Part shown: positions 38,651 through 51,590 of the stretch, one piece after another
Position numbering within the stretch: position 1 is the first letter of the stretch
Layout: each line of letters starts with the position of its first letter
Source: Dipteris shenzhenensis
Taxonomy: Eukaryota
Assembly: GCA_047967505.1 (NCBI GenBank)
Contig: CM106538.1
DNA length: 64,000 bases
Direction: 5' to 3' (one strand)
The notes under the pieces: model-generated
Told to the model about the DNA's origin: nothing
What the model saw: only the letters and a program-made list of their open reading frames with translations
Databases searched by the model: none
Translations under genes and position numbers: made by a program

Positions 38651-39553
38651 ATAGTATGGGATATGTTTGTTGTAGAGAAGAGCTAAAGAAGAGAGATAGA
38701 GAGGATATCACCCAGTAATAGTGAGAATTAGTTTAGGCAAGGGGAGGGATTAGAGATCTAGGGAGGGGGGAAAGACACCATTGATTGCTCATGGCAATCC
38801 AAAAGCATGGGCAAAATTGAAAGTAGTACAGGAATGGTTGGCAAAGTCAACCCTTATGAAAGAGTGTGAAATGAACTTATTTGGGCTAATTGTCTTATAA
38901 AAATGTATTAAATTAGCCCTTGAATATCAAATAGACCCTCATATTTGCCATTGGGCTAAAATTCACCCCTAATTTTTCTCTGATGTAGATGCATGCCCTC
39001 TCTATGTTGTAGTGTCATTGTGGCTATGAAGTATTTGTCCATACATGTATTGGTCTTAGAGTACTATTACTAGCAATGCGGCACACAAGGAAACCCACAA
39101 ATGAATAATAGTATAAATTTTCACTATTTGGATTTATCTTATGCAAATTTAATCATTGAACTAGGATTTTGTGGCATAGACTTGTAACACATCTAATGCT
39201 CTTTTTCTAGATGTCTTCAAGCTCATGGGCATTCGAGGAAGATACTAACGAAGGGAATCTTTATGGGTAAAAGCAGGTTAATTGGCACAAAATAGCATGT
39301 CCCTGGACATTGATATTAGCACTCCTAGCATATCAAAAAGAAATTTTATACACACTTACTTGTGCTCCTAGCATACCCTATACACAAATTCACCATAAGA
39401 GCTATTTGTTGCACAACTTACATATATGCCATGTGGAAATAATTAAGGTTTATTGAAGTTAGCACAACACTACTAATTAGCACAAAAAGTGTTACAGTTA
39501 ACCTGCTTTTACCCTTATCAATAGGTCTTGAGTGATTGTGCACAGTGTAAAGG

Positions 39554-41100
39554 CACTATACAAAGACTACGTAACATATCAATCATAGACATAAAGAAAT
39601 ATGGTTGCTCCTAACCTTTACCTGAGGTTGAATTGAATGATAAGGTATACAATCCATTTTCATTCTTTTTACGATCATGATAGCAATGTTTTCTTATACA
39701 TTGATTCACTAAAGTCTTTTCTTGTCGGTAGATAAACTTATTCCAAGAAGCTTGAGAGCAAATGCATTGTATCATAATCTAGGATGATGAACTTATTCTA
39801 GGAAGCTTGAGACCAAATGCCTTGTATCATCATCGTCATGAGTCAATGTTCTCCCAAGAATATCAAAATGCTATAAGGAAAGAGCAAGAGATGGAAGAGC
39901 AATATAATGGAAGCATTGAAGAGGAGGATGCATTGAATGAGGATGATATAATGTAGGGTGTGATAAGCACTTGCTTTGATCCTCCTTCACCCCAAGCTAA
40001 AAGAGATGAAGATATCAAAGCGATTACAAAGAACCCAGTCCCCAATCATAACATGAGTACTAAGGAGGAAAGACTACAATGTGAAGTAAACACCATGTTA
40101 TATGAAGAGGCAGCAAATCTCATTTTGCAAGCATTTTTCCAATCTTAAATTTGTAAGCAACTTATGGATGGTCAAATACTCGCATTTCATCCCTCTTTTG
40201 GTAAGAGCTTTGAGTTACTCCAATGAATAGTTTCATTGCATGTGCTTCCAATTTATTAAAAGGATTGATGTTTCAAGTTGCTTCTCCACCGTTACTTCAA
40301 ACACTACTTACAAATGGAAAGACAATTTCTAACTCAAGAAAGGATGCAAATAGATATTTGCATAATTAGCAATGGATTACAATTTCATTTATGCATGTCC
40401 TAATCATTGCATTATTTATAGAGCAATATACGAGAACTCTACAACTTGTCCACAATATGGTGCATCTCAATATAGGCAAGATATAAGATTTCAGTCCCTT
40501 CTCGTTGTTTGTAAAAGTTAGTTCCAATGCTTCTTGAATGGGTATATGTGGGTGGATATCATTGAAAGAGATAAAGAAATTATCCATTTAGGAAATGAGA
40601 ACTCTAGCTATTGAAGTCGTATGTTTGATTGAAAAGGAGTTTCCAACAAGTATTATGGACATCCAATTACATCTAATCATGCATAGATGAAGTGGCATAT
40701 GTAAGAACTTCACATGGCTAGTGGAAATTTTTCTTGGAATAGATTATAAAGGTATTAAAAGGGTATGTAAGGTAAAAAGGTTGTCTTGAGCGTAGCATGG
40801 CTGAAGGATGGCTAGTGGAAGAGTCAATGTTTTACATTATAGAGGTTCTTTTACAACTCAATCTAGACATTCCTCAACTTTGGGATGATAGCAATGATCC
40901 ATAGGTTGTAGGAGAGATTAGAGAAGGGAAGGCAAAGAAAAAAAAAGAGAGTATATCCTTGCAACTCAAAGTAAACCCCTTTTGTCATTACAATTGTGGA
41001 GAAATGGATCAAATAATTTAATGAAGAAGAAAGAGCTAAAAGAGAGGAGAATAGAAAAGAATGGAGAAGCACCAATAGAGGTATGCCTTATCCCTCATAG
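39554..41100 (+). mobile_element. Degenerate CACTA/En-Spm transposase remnant
   Basis: IHACPNHCILY...TTCP motif (~40385-40470) and FP...MDIQLHL..H / LKGYVR......SMAEGW.VEE motifs (~40640-40840). CACTA pentamer at 39554; no matching right terminus found. Confidence 0.7.
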
Positions 41101-42659
41101 TGATTAGTAATGCCTACTAGATGCACCATTAAACTTTGCACTATCCAAAATTTTCAATGGTTAAAGTGATTGCAAATTACCAATGCCTTTTTGATGTTGT
41201 GTTTTTTCTAGAAGCATTAATGACATAAATATCGATGTTTTTTAAACTTCGTCTAATAATGTTGGTGCTTATATAAACTATAATATCAATGCATATATTG
41301 ACTATCATGTCGATGCTTGTTTCATCTTTAACATCGATGTAACATCACTTTACTATTTTAATTGATGGAATTCACTTTCATTGAAGAACTAAGTAAAAAG
41401 CATGGAAATAGGGCCTAATGGTAATAGTGATATCCTACATAATATATATAGTAATTATGATTCAATATTATGTAGCAGTATCCATAGCTTTGATATGAGT
41501 TAAAATCTTACATTAATGCTAAAGTATCAACTGTTCCCTTGTTATGTGATATACCAATCCACAATCTCTTTCCATTAGGCTCCCATTAGGGGAGATTTGG
41601 ACTCAAAAAGAGCCCTTTGGAATAAAAGAGAAACCATGGCACTAATTTTTGAGCAACCATGCTCAACATCATGTGATCAGATGTGCATAGCACTAACCCA
41701 ATAGAGTGCTATAAAGGAAAGGGCTAGATGCCCTATAACCCTAGCCCTAACCCAAAAAGGTTTTGTTTAAATCTACATGTTTAGCTAAATCTAGTGTACA
41801 GTTAGTCATTTGTGGGGTGCTCTCTTGCTATGCCCTCTCTCCTTATCTCCACTCTTCTCCTCTCCCCTCTTCATATTTTGTCATGGTATTAGAGCTCCCT
41901 TGCCTTCCACTGAGGCATTGCGATCTGTATGAGAGAGTGTGATTGATCGAGAGATCGAGAGATTGAGTGTTCTCTTCCATTGAGAGAACTTCCACTTTCT
42001 TGAGAGAAACTTCCATTCACTTAAGAGAGTATTCCGTTCATTGTGAGAGATTCTTGTGAGAGTTCATTCATGAGAGATTTGCGTTTGTTTGAAAGAATCA
42101 TGTCTATTCTTTTTTATTCATTTTTTGAGTGTATTCCTTGAGAGATTTAATTGAAATCCTTTGAGATATTTTCAACAGAGAGCTTTTCAAGAAATAGAGA
42201 TATAGGGAGAGATCTATTTTTTGGTTGTTGAGAGATACAGAGAGACATCTCTCGCTTCTATCTACACTATTGATTGAGAGAGTTTTTTTTAAAAGAGCAA
42301 GACTCTCTGGTACATGACAAAATATGAAGAGGGGAGAGGAGAAGAGTGGAGATGAGGAGAGAGGGCACAGCTAGAGAGCACACCACAAATGACTAACTGT
42401 ACACTAGAATTAGTTGAAAAAATAGAATATATACAAACCCTTTTAGGGTTAGGGTTAGGGGATCTAACCCTTTCCTTTATAGCACTCTATAAGGTTAGTG
42501 CTATGCACATATGATCACGTGATGGTGCTATGCACACATGATCACATGATGTTGAGCGTGAACTCTCAACACCTTCCCTCAAGATCAACATCATGAAGTA
42601 GGCCTTCCCTCAAGATGATGATTCTGGGGAATCGAAGAAGGACTGAGCATTACATTCCA

Positions 42660-45600
42660 TCACACCCCTTTAATGGGAATGTCCTTCCTCTGCATCAAAC
42701 CAAGAGCTAGTCGGTGTTTCTCGAATAGCTCTTTACCGAGTGGTTTGGTAAAGATGTCTGCAACATTTTCTTTGCTATCACAATGCTGCAGTGTGATGTC
42801 ACCAAGTAACACTCTTTCTCTGATGAAGTGCTCTCTGACATCAATGTGCTTTGTCCTGGAGTGATATACTGGATTTTTGGCCAATGCTTGAGCCGATTGA
42901 TTATCACAGTATATTGTTGTTGGCTTTGACTCATCAAAGTAATCTGTTTCTGACAATAGTCTTCTGAGCCATATAGCTTCACATGCACCTGTAGTGAGTG
43001 CCCTATATTCTGCTTCAGTTGAAGACAAAGAAACAGTTGGTTGTTTGTTTGACAACCATGATATAGCACCTTGACCAAGGAAAAATGCATATCCCTGTGT
43101 CGATCTCCTGGTCTCATGATCTCCAGCATAGTCATTGTCACAGTATCCATGCAACCGTGGATGACTTCCTCTGTATTCTATCCCAAACTGTCTTGTACCT
43201 CTGATGTATCTCAAGACTCTTTTGGTTGCATTCCAGTGAGACTGTTTTGGATTTGCCATAAACTGTGCTAGTGAGCTTACTGCATAACAAATATCTGGTC
43301 GTGTGATTGTCAGATATATAAGAGATCCAATGAGTTGCCTGTAGTATCTGTCATTGACTGTAGGCTTTTCTGAATCTTTAGTAAGTTTCAAACTCTGTTC
43401 CATGGGAGTGGCTGCAATCTTGCAATCTGCCATATGAAACTTCTTCAGGAGACTGTCAACATATTTGAGCTGACTCATGAATGTGCTATCTGAATCTCTC
43501 CAGAACTCAATTCCAAGACAATAGTGCATAAGTCCAAGATCTTTCATGTCAAACTCTGCAGATAAGTCTTGTTTTAGCTTTCTAATGAAGCTATCCTTGC
43601 TTCCTGTCACAATCAGATCATCTATGTATAAAAGTGCAATAGTAATATCTTCCCCTTGAACTTTGTAGTAGAGAGTATGATCTGCATTGGACTTCATGTA
43701 TCCCAGATCAGCAAAATACTTGTCAATTCTGCTGTACCAACTTCTGGGTGCTTGCTTTAAGCCGTAGAGACTTTTCTTGAGATGGCAAACCTTGTTCTCT
43801 TTTCCTGGTTCAACATAACCTGCTGGTTGTTGCATGTAGACTTCCTCGTCTGGGTAACCATTGAGAAATGCATTCTTAACATCGAGCTGATACACATTCC
43901 ATTTACTGAGTGTCGCTAGTGATATCAAGAACCGTATGGAATCCATCTTATGGAATCCATCTTTGCTATTGGAGCATAAGTCTCATCATAATCTTGGCCA
44001 TATTGTTGTGCAAATCCTTTTGCAACTAATCTGGCTTTGTATCTTTGAATACTGCCATTTGGATTGTACTTCACTTTGTATACCCATTTGTTGGCTATGG
44101 CCTTCTTTCCTGGTGGAAGGTCGCATAATTCCCAAGTGTTATTTTTATACAAAGCATCCATTTCTTCATTCATAGCAGTTTGCCATTCTGGCTTATCTAC
44201 TGCATCTTCGAAGTACACTGGCTCTTCTGTAGCCATGATGGTAGTCATAAGAGCATAGTTGGTGGTTTCCACCTGAATTGCTTTGCCTTTCTGAGCATGC
44301 TGGTGGTCTGCTTTCCCTAGTAGACCGTCTGAGCTGCTGTGGCACTGCTTGGGGTGTTGCTGGCAATTCTTGCTCTTCTTCATCAACCTGTTCTGTAGAT
44401 GACTATGAAGTCGATGCTTCTATCTCCTGTGTAGGTGAGGTTTTCCATTCTGATTCCTCATCGAAGATTACATCTCTGGAGATAATGACTTTGCGGTTGA
44501 TGGGATCATACAATTTGTATGCTTTGCTTTCTTCACTGTAGCCAACCATGATGCATTTGCGTGACTTCGCATCCAATTTCCTGCGATGATCATCATGTAT
44601 GTGGGCATATGCTATGCAACCAAATATGCGGAGATGCCCAATGCATGGCTTGTGTCCAATAAATGCTTCATAAGGAGTCATACCTTGTATCGGTTCGGTA
44701 GGAAGTCGATTAAGCAAGTAGTTAGCTGTAGCTACTGCTTCTGCCCAATACTGATTCGGAAGATGCTTTTCACTAAGCATTGCTCTAGCACTGTTTGATA
44801 AAGTCCCATTCTTCCTTTCAGCTATTGCATTTTACTGAGGAGTATCTGCACATGTGAATTGTCTTCGAATACCGTGAGTTTTGCAAAAGTTGATGAAGGC
44901 TGAAGACATGTATTCACCTCCTCTGTCTGATCTCATGACCTTGATCTTTCTGCCTGTTTGGTTTTCTACCATGGCTTTGAATTCTTGAAATCTGGTAAAC
45001 ACTTCAGATTTCTCTTTTAGAAAGTAGACCCAACAATATCTGCTGTAGTCGTCGATGAAGGTCAAGTAATAAAGTGAACCATTGATGCTACGGGTCTGGG
45101 CATAACCCTATACATCTGTATGAATTAAATCAAGAATACCTCGTGCACGAGAGGTACTTCTGACAAAGTTGGTTCGCTTTTGTTTGCCGAAGCAGCATGC
45201 TTCACAAACCTTTCCAAGAAACTGTAGCTTTGGAATCCCAATTGCCATATTTTGATTCCTTAGATCTAACAAGTACTTGAAGTTGACATGACCATATCTC
45301 TTATGCCATTTTGCAGATAGTGGCATCTGTTGCATTTGAGCTGACATGGCATGCTTATCTGGTACTGTAGCTAGCATCCTGTATAAGCGTCCTTCCTTGA
45401 CACCTTTTGCTACTAGCTGACCTCTTTTGGATTTGTCTCTGATAGTGCATTCATCACCGTCGAAGATGACTTTGTAGTTGTGTTCTGTCATTTGACCTAC
45501 TGACAAAAGGTTCTTGCTGAGCTTCGGAACATAGAGCACATCTTTGACCAATCCTTTTGTACCAGTGAAATTGTTCATAGGGATAACACCTGTCCCTTGA

Positions 45601-46922
45601 ACCGGATTCGGTGTATTGTCTGCTGTGTAGATGACATTCTTTTGACCTTCTAATGGCTTCATTTCTGTGAACCATTCCTGATGATTTGTCATATGAGATG
45701 ATGCACCACTGTCGATGTACCAAGGATCCTATTCCACTTGGTCGACTTGATAGTTGAAATCCTCTTTGGGATTGAAATCAGTGTCTAGGTGCATTGTATC
45801 AGTCTGATGCAATTCCTCACTTGCAAGAAACATATTTCCATGTTCATTTGCAAAATGACTGTGACTAGAATGTCCACCACGATGATTTCCTCTTCCTCGG
45901 GAATTCCCTCGATTATTGCTGGATTGACCGCCTTGGTCATACTGCTTCTTGCGGCAATCTCTTTCATAGTGTCCAAACTTGTGACAATAGTTGCATTGAA
46001 TGTTTGACACATTGGTGGATGCATTCCCTCGTCCTTGGAATCTTCCTCGATTGGAATGATTTCCTCTTTGTTGATTCTGATGTTGCTGAGGATGATGCTG
46101 ATGTTGATGCTGATTTTGACTTTGTTGATGATGACCACTTTTCTGATATGATCTACCTTTGTTTTTGCCTTTGCCTTTGCTTCTGTCTGAAGCTGTGAAT
46201 GCCTGATCATTAGAATGACCTTTACGTGCTTGAATGGCCTGAGTCCTGAGTTCTTCACCAAGTAGAACTGACTGAAGTTCTTCCAGTGTTGGAATTTGCC
46301 GTTGGATGGCAATACTCTGGACTAGATTCTCATATCCTTCTCCTAGTCCATTCAGGATTACTTGAACCATTTCTGCGGGATTCATAGTCTCTCCTGCTGC
46401 TGCAAGTTGATTGTTGTAGTCTTTGATGCAGAGTACATAAGCATGACCGGTTTCACTGCTGTTGCGGAAACTCTGGTTGATCTGGTTTCTCAGGGTGAGA
46501 ATCCTGGATGTGTTCTTGGACTCGTAGAGAGCTGCGAACATATCCCATGCTTCTTTTGATGTCTTGACTGTGTTGAGCTGTCCTAGCATGACATCTTGCA
46601 CATTCTGCTTGATCAGGTGATAGGCATACTTGTCTTTCTTATCCCATTCTGCTTGAGCTCGGGCAATGGCAGGATCTGTTACTGGTGCGGAAACTGATGG
46701 TGTAGATGTAGATCCCGATGTAGATCCCATTGCTAGTGCTATGACAACAGATGGAGTAGAGCTACTGGTGGCTGGATCGGCCAATGGTCTAGGTATAGAT
46801 CCATCAACATACTCCCATTTGTCCTGAAGCACAAGAATGGTCTCCATTCGGTATTTCCATGTACCGTAATTGGAGTTGTCTAACTTAGCAGATGCCTCCA
46901 GATTGAGGTTGCTAGTCGACAT
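42660..46922 (-). pseudogene. Copia gag-pol polyprotein (GAG-PR-INT-RT-RH), disabled
   Basis: CNYCHKFGHYERDC knuckle, WYIDSGAS protease, [16 protein letters not shown] integrase, YIDDL RT and CDNQSA RNase H. In-frame stops at 45729, 45108, 44832 and 44403, and a 14-bp duplication at 43935-43962. Confidence 0.95.
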
Positions 46923-47859
46923 GGTGCAAACAATGTACTCAAAAAGTGTCCTGGAAAACTCTGTATGAATCAACTGCAAATACACTGAAGATGCCAAGTG
47001 AAATCTCTGTACCGTCGGTGAAGATAGAACTGCAGTAAATAAGATCTGACTTGTGTTACAAGGCTTGTGGCAATGATGCCGGGAATAGCCAAGAGGCTTT
47101 ACAAGGCTGAAAAATGATGTGCACGATGCCGTGAGATAGCCAAATAGGCTTTACAATGGTGGCATGTGTGTGTGAAATCAAGTGCTATCTGCCCACTGAA
47201 TCAATCTGCAATGCCTCTGAACTCTGAAGTCTGCTCACTGAACTGATGAACGTAAGGTTTCAGGTAATGTAATGATGTGAAATCGGATGTGAGTGTATGG
47301 ACTGACTCCGAGTAGGTACTAGTCGGGAATTTCGGGCATGGCTTAGATTGGCAACTTGGGGAATTCAAAGCGTCCCCTCTATGGCGATCTAGTCTACTCT
47401 GATCTAGATCTAAACCAACCGTCGATCGATGAAAGAGCAGCAAATAATTCCTTTTCCTTTGTTCTTTTTAAGTGCTGGGTCAGATGCATCGATGTAGAGG
47501 CAAATGTGCGTGAAGGAAGTGGTTTTGTCGGCGAGGCTCAAATGTGAGTGTAACTTGCGTTGAAATGTGCGCGTGATGTAACGAGCGCATAGAGCACGAA
47601 AAATCGAGCGACTTTCCTTTTTGGAGTACCCTCAAATTCTTCCTGGATCAAGAGATATGACTTGATCTAGGTGGAGGGGCAAAAGGAGTGCAAATGGTGC
47701 TCAATGATGATGTGTCACTGTGAGTCACATGCAGTGATGATGTGGCACTGTGCTTAGCTAGAGGTGTGCCAGTGAAGCTCTGTAATGAGGTGGCAGGAGT
47801 GTGCACATGCAGTGTGTGCACAGTGTGCCTGGCAAGGGACTGTGCCAGTGCTGACTGGA

Positions 47860-48095
47860 CTGCTGAGGTGGCAGTGCTGCGGTGGCACAATGATGTCAGC
47901 AGGGTGACGTGGCACTGATGACGTGGCCTGATGACATGGTAGTGCTGACGTGGTAGATGATGTGGCAGTGGTCACGTGGCAGATGATGTGGCAGTGCTGA
48001 CGTGGCAGATAACGTGGCAGTGCTGGCGTGGCAGATGATGTGGCAGCTGACGTGGCAGTGATGACGTGTCACTTGATAAGATGATGACGTGGCAG
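47860..48095. promoter_or_regulatory. Tandem array of ABRE/G-box-like TGACGTGGCAG motifs
   Basis: 7x ACGTGGC and 1x ACGTGTC in 47907-48093, with interspersed ATGTGGC variants. Regulatory function is not shown. Confidence 0.45.
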
Positions 48096-48492
48096 ATAAG
48101 ATTGAGTTAAGGTAGTTTAACCATGGTTCAATGACCTATGGTAAACTTGACCTGTGGTAAGTTAACCAACCTTATCCACTCTCTAACCAAGGTTACGGTA
48201 CCTGAGTTAACTGAACCAAATAAGATGATGTGGCATCTTCATGACCAAGCCCAAGGGTGTGAGGTCACCTGGGATAAGGTTCTTGCCACGTGTCTTTTTC
48301 CAAGGTTGGCCAGCCTTGGATTGCATAGAAAATCTGTGAGTCGACGGAGCTCAAAAACAGCGATAGAAAATCGATGGCATCGACGGAATTTTGAGTTGGA
48401 GCACCAATGGAGATCGCTGAGGTCGCCAAACGGACTAAAGTTGGCGATGGAAGCTTGGAGTTGTTGGCAACGGCGGCTGTCGTGAAGCTTCG

Positions 48493-49287
48493 TTGGAGTT
48501 TACAGGGTCCGTGGAGGAGAGGCTGGCTACGGTCGTTGTAGGCTTGTGTCGTTGTCGGTGGCTGCTGCTGAGAGGTCTTCGTCGTAGGCTTTGGAGCTAT
48601 GGGTCTCTACATGTAGTCTTCACCCTCTCTCTCCTCGAAACCTGTGTTAAGAATTGCGAGAAAATGTTCTCGGAAGTAGCCTCGGAAAAGGTACTCAACA
48701 AGATGGTCAAGGCCGTAGACGATCCGCAAACACCGACCGTGGTTCGTGAGAAAGCACTGAAGCTGATCGAGTCATGGGGAGAATCCACTGAAGAGCTGTG
48801 CTATCTTCCTGTTTTCGAAGAGACCTACAAGGGCCTGAAATCAAGAGGGATACGCTTTCCTGGTCGGGATGTAGAGAGTTTGGCACCGATATTTACTCCT
48901 CCAAAGTCTCAATCTTCGCAACCAGTAAACAGGGAGGCAGATTTCAGTCTTGAAAACGCAGCAAGTTGGCAGAATGACAATGAGGTAACACAGGAACAGC
49001 CAAAGGAGGTATTTGACGTTGCAAGAAATGCTATGGAGCTCCTGTCCATGGTGTTAACTTCATCTCCACCACAAGAGACGCTTAAGGAGGAGATTACATC
49101 CACGTTAGTTGAGCAGTGTCGGCGATCACTATCCAGTGTGCAGAGAGTAATTGAGAGAGGAGGAGATGATGAGGCTTTGCTGTTTGAAGCACTGAATTTG
49201 AACGATGGACTCCAGCAAATACTTTCTAGATATGAAGAGATGCTCACAGCACCCACAATGCAATCTTCTCTCTCTCTCTCTCAATGA
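48493..49287 (+). CDS. TOL: Captured intronless TOM1-like (TOL1/2-type; partial VHS plus GAT) gene fragment, antisense within the Copia leader
   Basis: LLETCVKNCEKMFSEVA...DDPQT...WGESTEEL.YLPVFEETYK.LKSRGIRFPGRD.ESLAPIFTPP (VHS) and KEVFDVARN..ELLS.VL.SSP...LVEQC...EALLFEALNLND.LQ..LSRYEEM (GAT). Homology covers ~48620-49245; first in-frame ATG at 48664. Confidence 0.92.
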   Translation: MEFTGSVEERLATVVVGLCRCRWLLLRGLRRRLWSYGSLHVVFTLSLLETCVKNCEKMFSEVASEKVLNKMVKAVDDPQTPTVVREKALKLIESWGESTEELCYLPVFEETYKGLKSRGIRFPGRDVESLAPIFTPPKSQSSQPVNREADFSLENAASWQNDNEVTQEQPKEVFDVARNAMELLSMVLTSSPPQETLKEEITSTLVEQCRRSLSSVQRVIERGGDDEALLFEALNLNDGLQQILSRYEEMLTAPTMQSSLSLSQ

Positions 49288-50997
49288 AATCTCTCTCTGT
49301 CTGCTGTCTCAAAACTCTCACAAAGCTCTCAAGACAAATACCTCTCACAAGAAGAACTGCAATGGACGAAAATATCTCACCAAATGGACGGAATTTTCTC
49401 TCAACGGAAGTGAAGGGAAGGATCTCACAATCACTCAAGAGGACTCTCAATCTCACAATCTCTCTCACACTCTCAAGAATCTCAATGTCTCAGCGGAAGA
49501 CAAGGGAGCTCTGATACCATGACAAAATATGAAGAGGGGAGAGGAGAAGAGTGGAGATGAGGAGAGAGGGCACAGCTAGAGAGCACACCACAAATGACTA
49601 ACTGTACACTAGAATTAGTTGAAAAAATAGAATATATACAAACCCTTTTAGGGTTAGGGTTAGGGGATCTAACCCTTTCCTTTATAGCACTCTATAAGGT
49701 TAGTGCTATGCACATATGATCACGTGATGGTGCTATGCACACATGATCACATGATGTTGAGTGTGAACTCTCAACAGTACACTGCAGTTTTCAAAAAGCA
49801 ACGCCAAGCTTCTACGACTCACCCCAGCCTATCGCATTAAGGTGACAAAACTTTCAACCGCCACGCTTGCTATAAGCCTCTCTATAAGGGCAGACCTCGA
49901 CCGATGCAAAGCAGCAAGAGGCTTCTCAACTTAGGTGCGGCTCCTCATTTAGAGAATGGCAGCAGCCTCCCCATTAAAGGGGTGTGATGGAATGTAATGC
50001 TTAGTCCTTCTTCAATTCCCCAGAATCATCATCTTGAGGGAAGGCCTACTTCATGATGTTGATCTTGAGGGAAGGTGTTGAGAAACCATACTCAACATCA
50101 TGTGATCATATGTGCATATCACTAACCCAATACAGTGCTATAAAGAAAAGGATTAGATGCCCTAACCCTAACCCTAAAAGGGTTTGTATATATTCTACAT
50201 TTTCAACTAAATCTACTCTACAGTTAGTCTTTTATGGTGTGCTCTCTAGCTGTGACCTCTCTCCTCATCTCTACTCTTTGCCTCTCCCCTCTTCATATTT
50301 TGTCACTACTCAAAGTATTACAAAACCCACTAATGAGGATCCTTGGGCATTTACAATTATAGGAATCCATGGAGTCCCTCATTGCTAGAAAAAAATCAAG
50401 CCCCTTCATTCTACCTGAATGTACCCGCTTTGATGATGGGAATGTCTAATTTCTATAGTAAATCAATCAAAAATTATAGCCCTCTGGATTTGAAGCTACT
50501 AAATTTATGGATAGGAATGTGTTGAAGATTGACATGTGTCATCTCCTAGGGGTATTAATGCATTGTAGGTGTTAGACCATCTTTTGATCCAATGGATAGG
50601 AACAACTGCATCATTGTGAACCTCACTTAGCACTCAATGTGTGTGGTAGGTATGCCTCTAGCTACTTAAATGCACCTAGCAATGGCTGGAAATCTCTTGC
50701 AAGTGTAGTTGGATTGGTGGGAGATCTAATGGTTAGAGATGGGCATGTCTTGTGAGCCCTTAGATGGCGTTGCGAGAGGCATGCATTCTGAAGCTCTGGA
50801 TGACATTTTCCATCCTATGCATGAGAAGAGGGGAAGTAGCAAGCTAAGGGTGTCCACTTTTTGTTCACTCCCCAATCCTTAGGAGGTGGAAAAACAAGCT
50901 TTTTAGCACACAAAAATGCAAATCTCACCTACTTCCCTATGGATCTAGTCTTTGAAGTCTTCTGACACAACATCACAGCTGGTATAAACCAGTAAAT

Positions 50998-51590
50998 GTG
51001 ATGATTGATGTAGATGCACAAAATGGTAATGCTGCACAGAATTCACAGCAGCAATCACAAAATATCAGTGGACCTGCAGTGTCGTCTAGCAGTGGTTCAC
51101 ATACTTCGCCATGGACAGGCAGATTGAGATCAGGAGAATCTCCTCAAAGCAATGCAGATAGTGGTACGCAGGTATCACAAAAAGGAAAAGAGAAGGTAGA
51201 TCAGCCCATGTTTGATGTGAATGCAGGTCACTCTTATGTGGATGGTGAATCCAGTGGCTCAGAGCAGAGCATTGATGATGAGTTGGGTATTCCTTCTGTT
51301 GTTACACCTGGAGTAAGGAAGACCAGGGATGTTTTGAGAGCACCTGGAAGTGAGCCTATTTTGCGCAGGTCTACCAGGGTTAGGTATCCTGTGGATAGGC
51401 TGAAATATGATGGATTTACAGCCATTCACTATGCCTATATGGTCAAAGTGATACAGGAACCAGAACCCACTTCTTTTGAGCAAGCCATGGGAAATGAAAA
51501 ATGGGAGAAAGCCATGGATGAAGAAATGGATGCCTTGGATGCTAATGCTACATGGGAATTGGTGCCTTTGCCTAAAGGCAAGAATGCAAT
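50998..51590 (+). mobile_element. Copia integrase-RT linker and RT start fragment, inverted relative to the adjacent gag
   Basis: LRRSTRVRYPVDRL...EPTSFEQA...AMDEEMDAL...TWELVPLPKGKNAI, ending abruptly. Confidence 0.85.

Larger units (their letters stand above)
42315..49776 (-). mobile_element. Full-length young Ty1/Copia LTR retrotransposon carrying a captured host gene fragment
   Basis: 257-bp LTRs at 49520-49776 and 42315-42571 differing at one base by eye. TSD GTACA on both sides. PBS at 49508-49519 and PPT adjacent to the 3' LTR. Confidence 0.97.
41647..50305 (+). mobile_element. TRIM-like non-autonomous LTR element (~1.2 kb when empty), interrupted by a Copia insertion
   Basis: LTRs at 41647-41883 and 50076-50305. 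PBS TGGTATTAGAGC, PPT GAGGGAAGG, TSD CTAAT/CTACT. About 725 bp of non-coding internal sequence. Confidence 0.85.

Noticed and set aside
42443-42460. (TTAGGG)3 in the Copia LTRs as telomere sequence
   Set aside because: Only 18 bp and part of the LTR itself, with related forms in the other family LTRs; at most a telo-box-like motif.
48493-49287. TOL frame as the native host TOL locus
   Set aside because: It lacks the VHS N-terminus and the C-terminal tail, shows no introns, and lies between the LTRs of a TSD-bounded retrotransposon.
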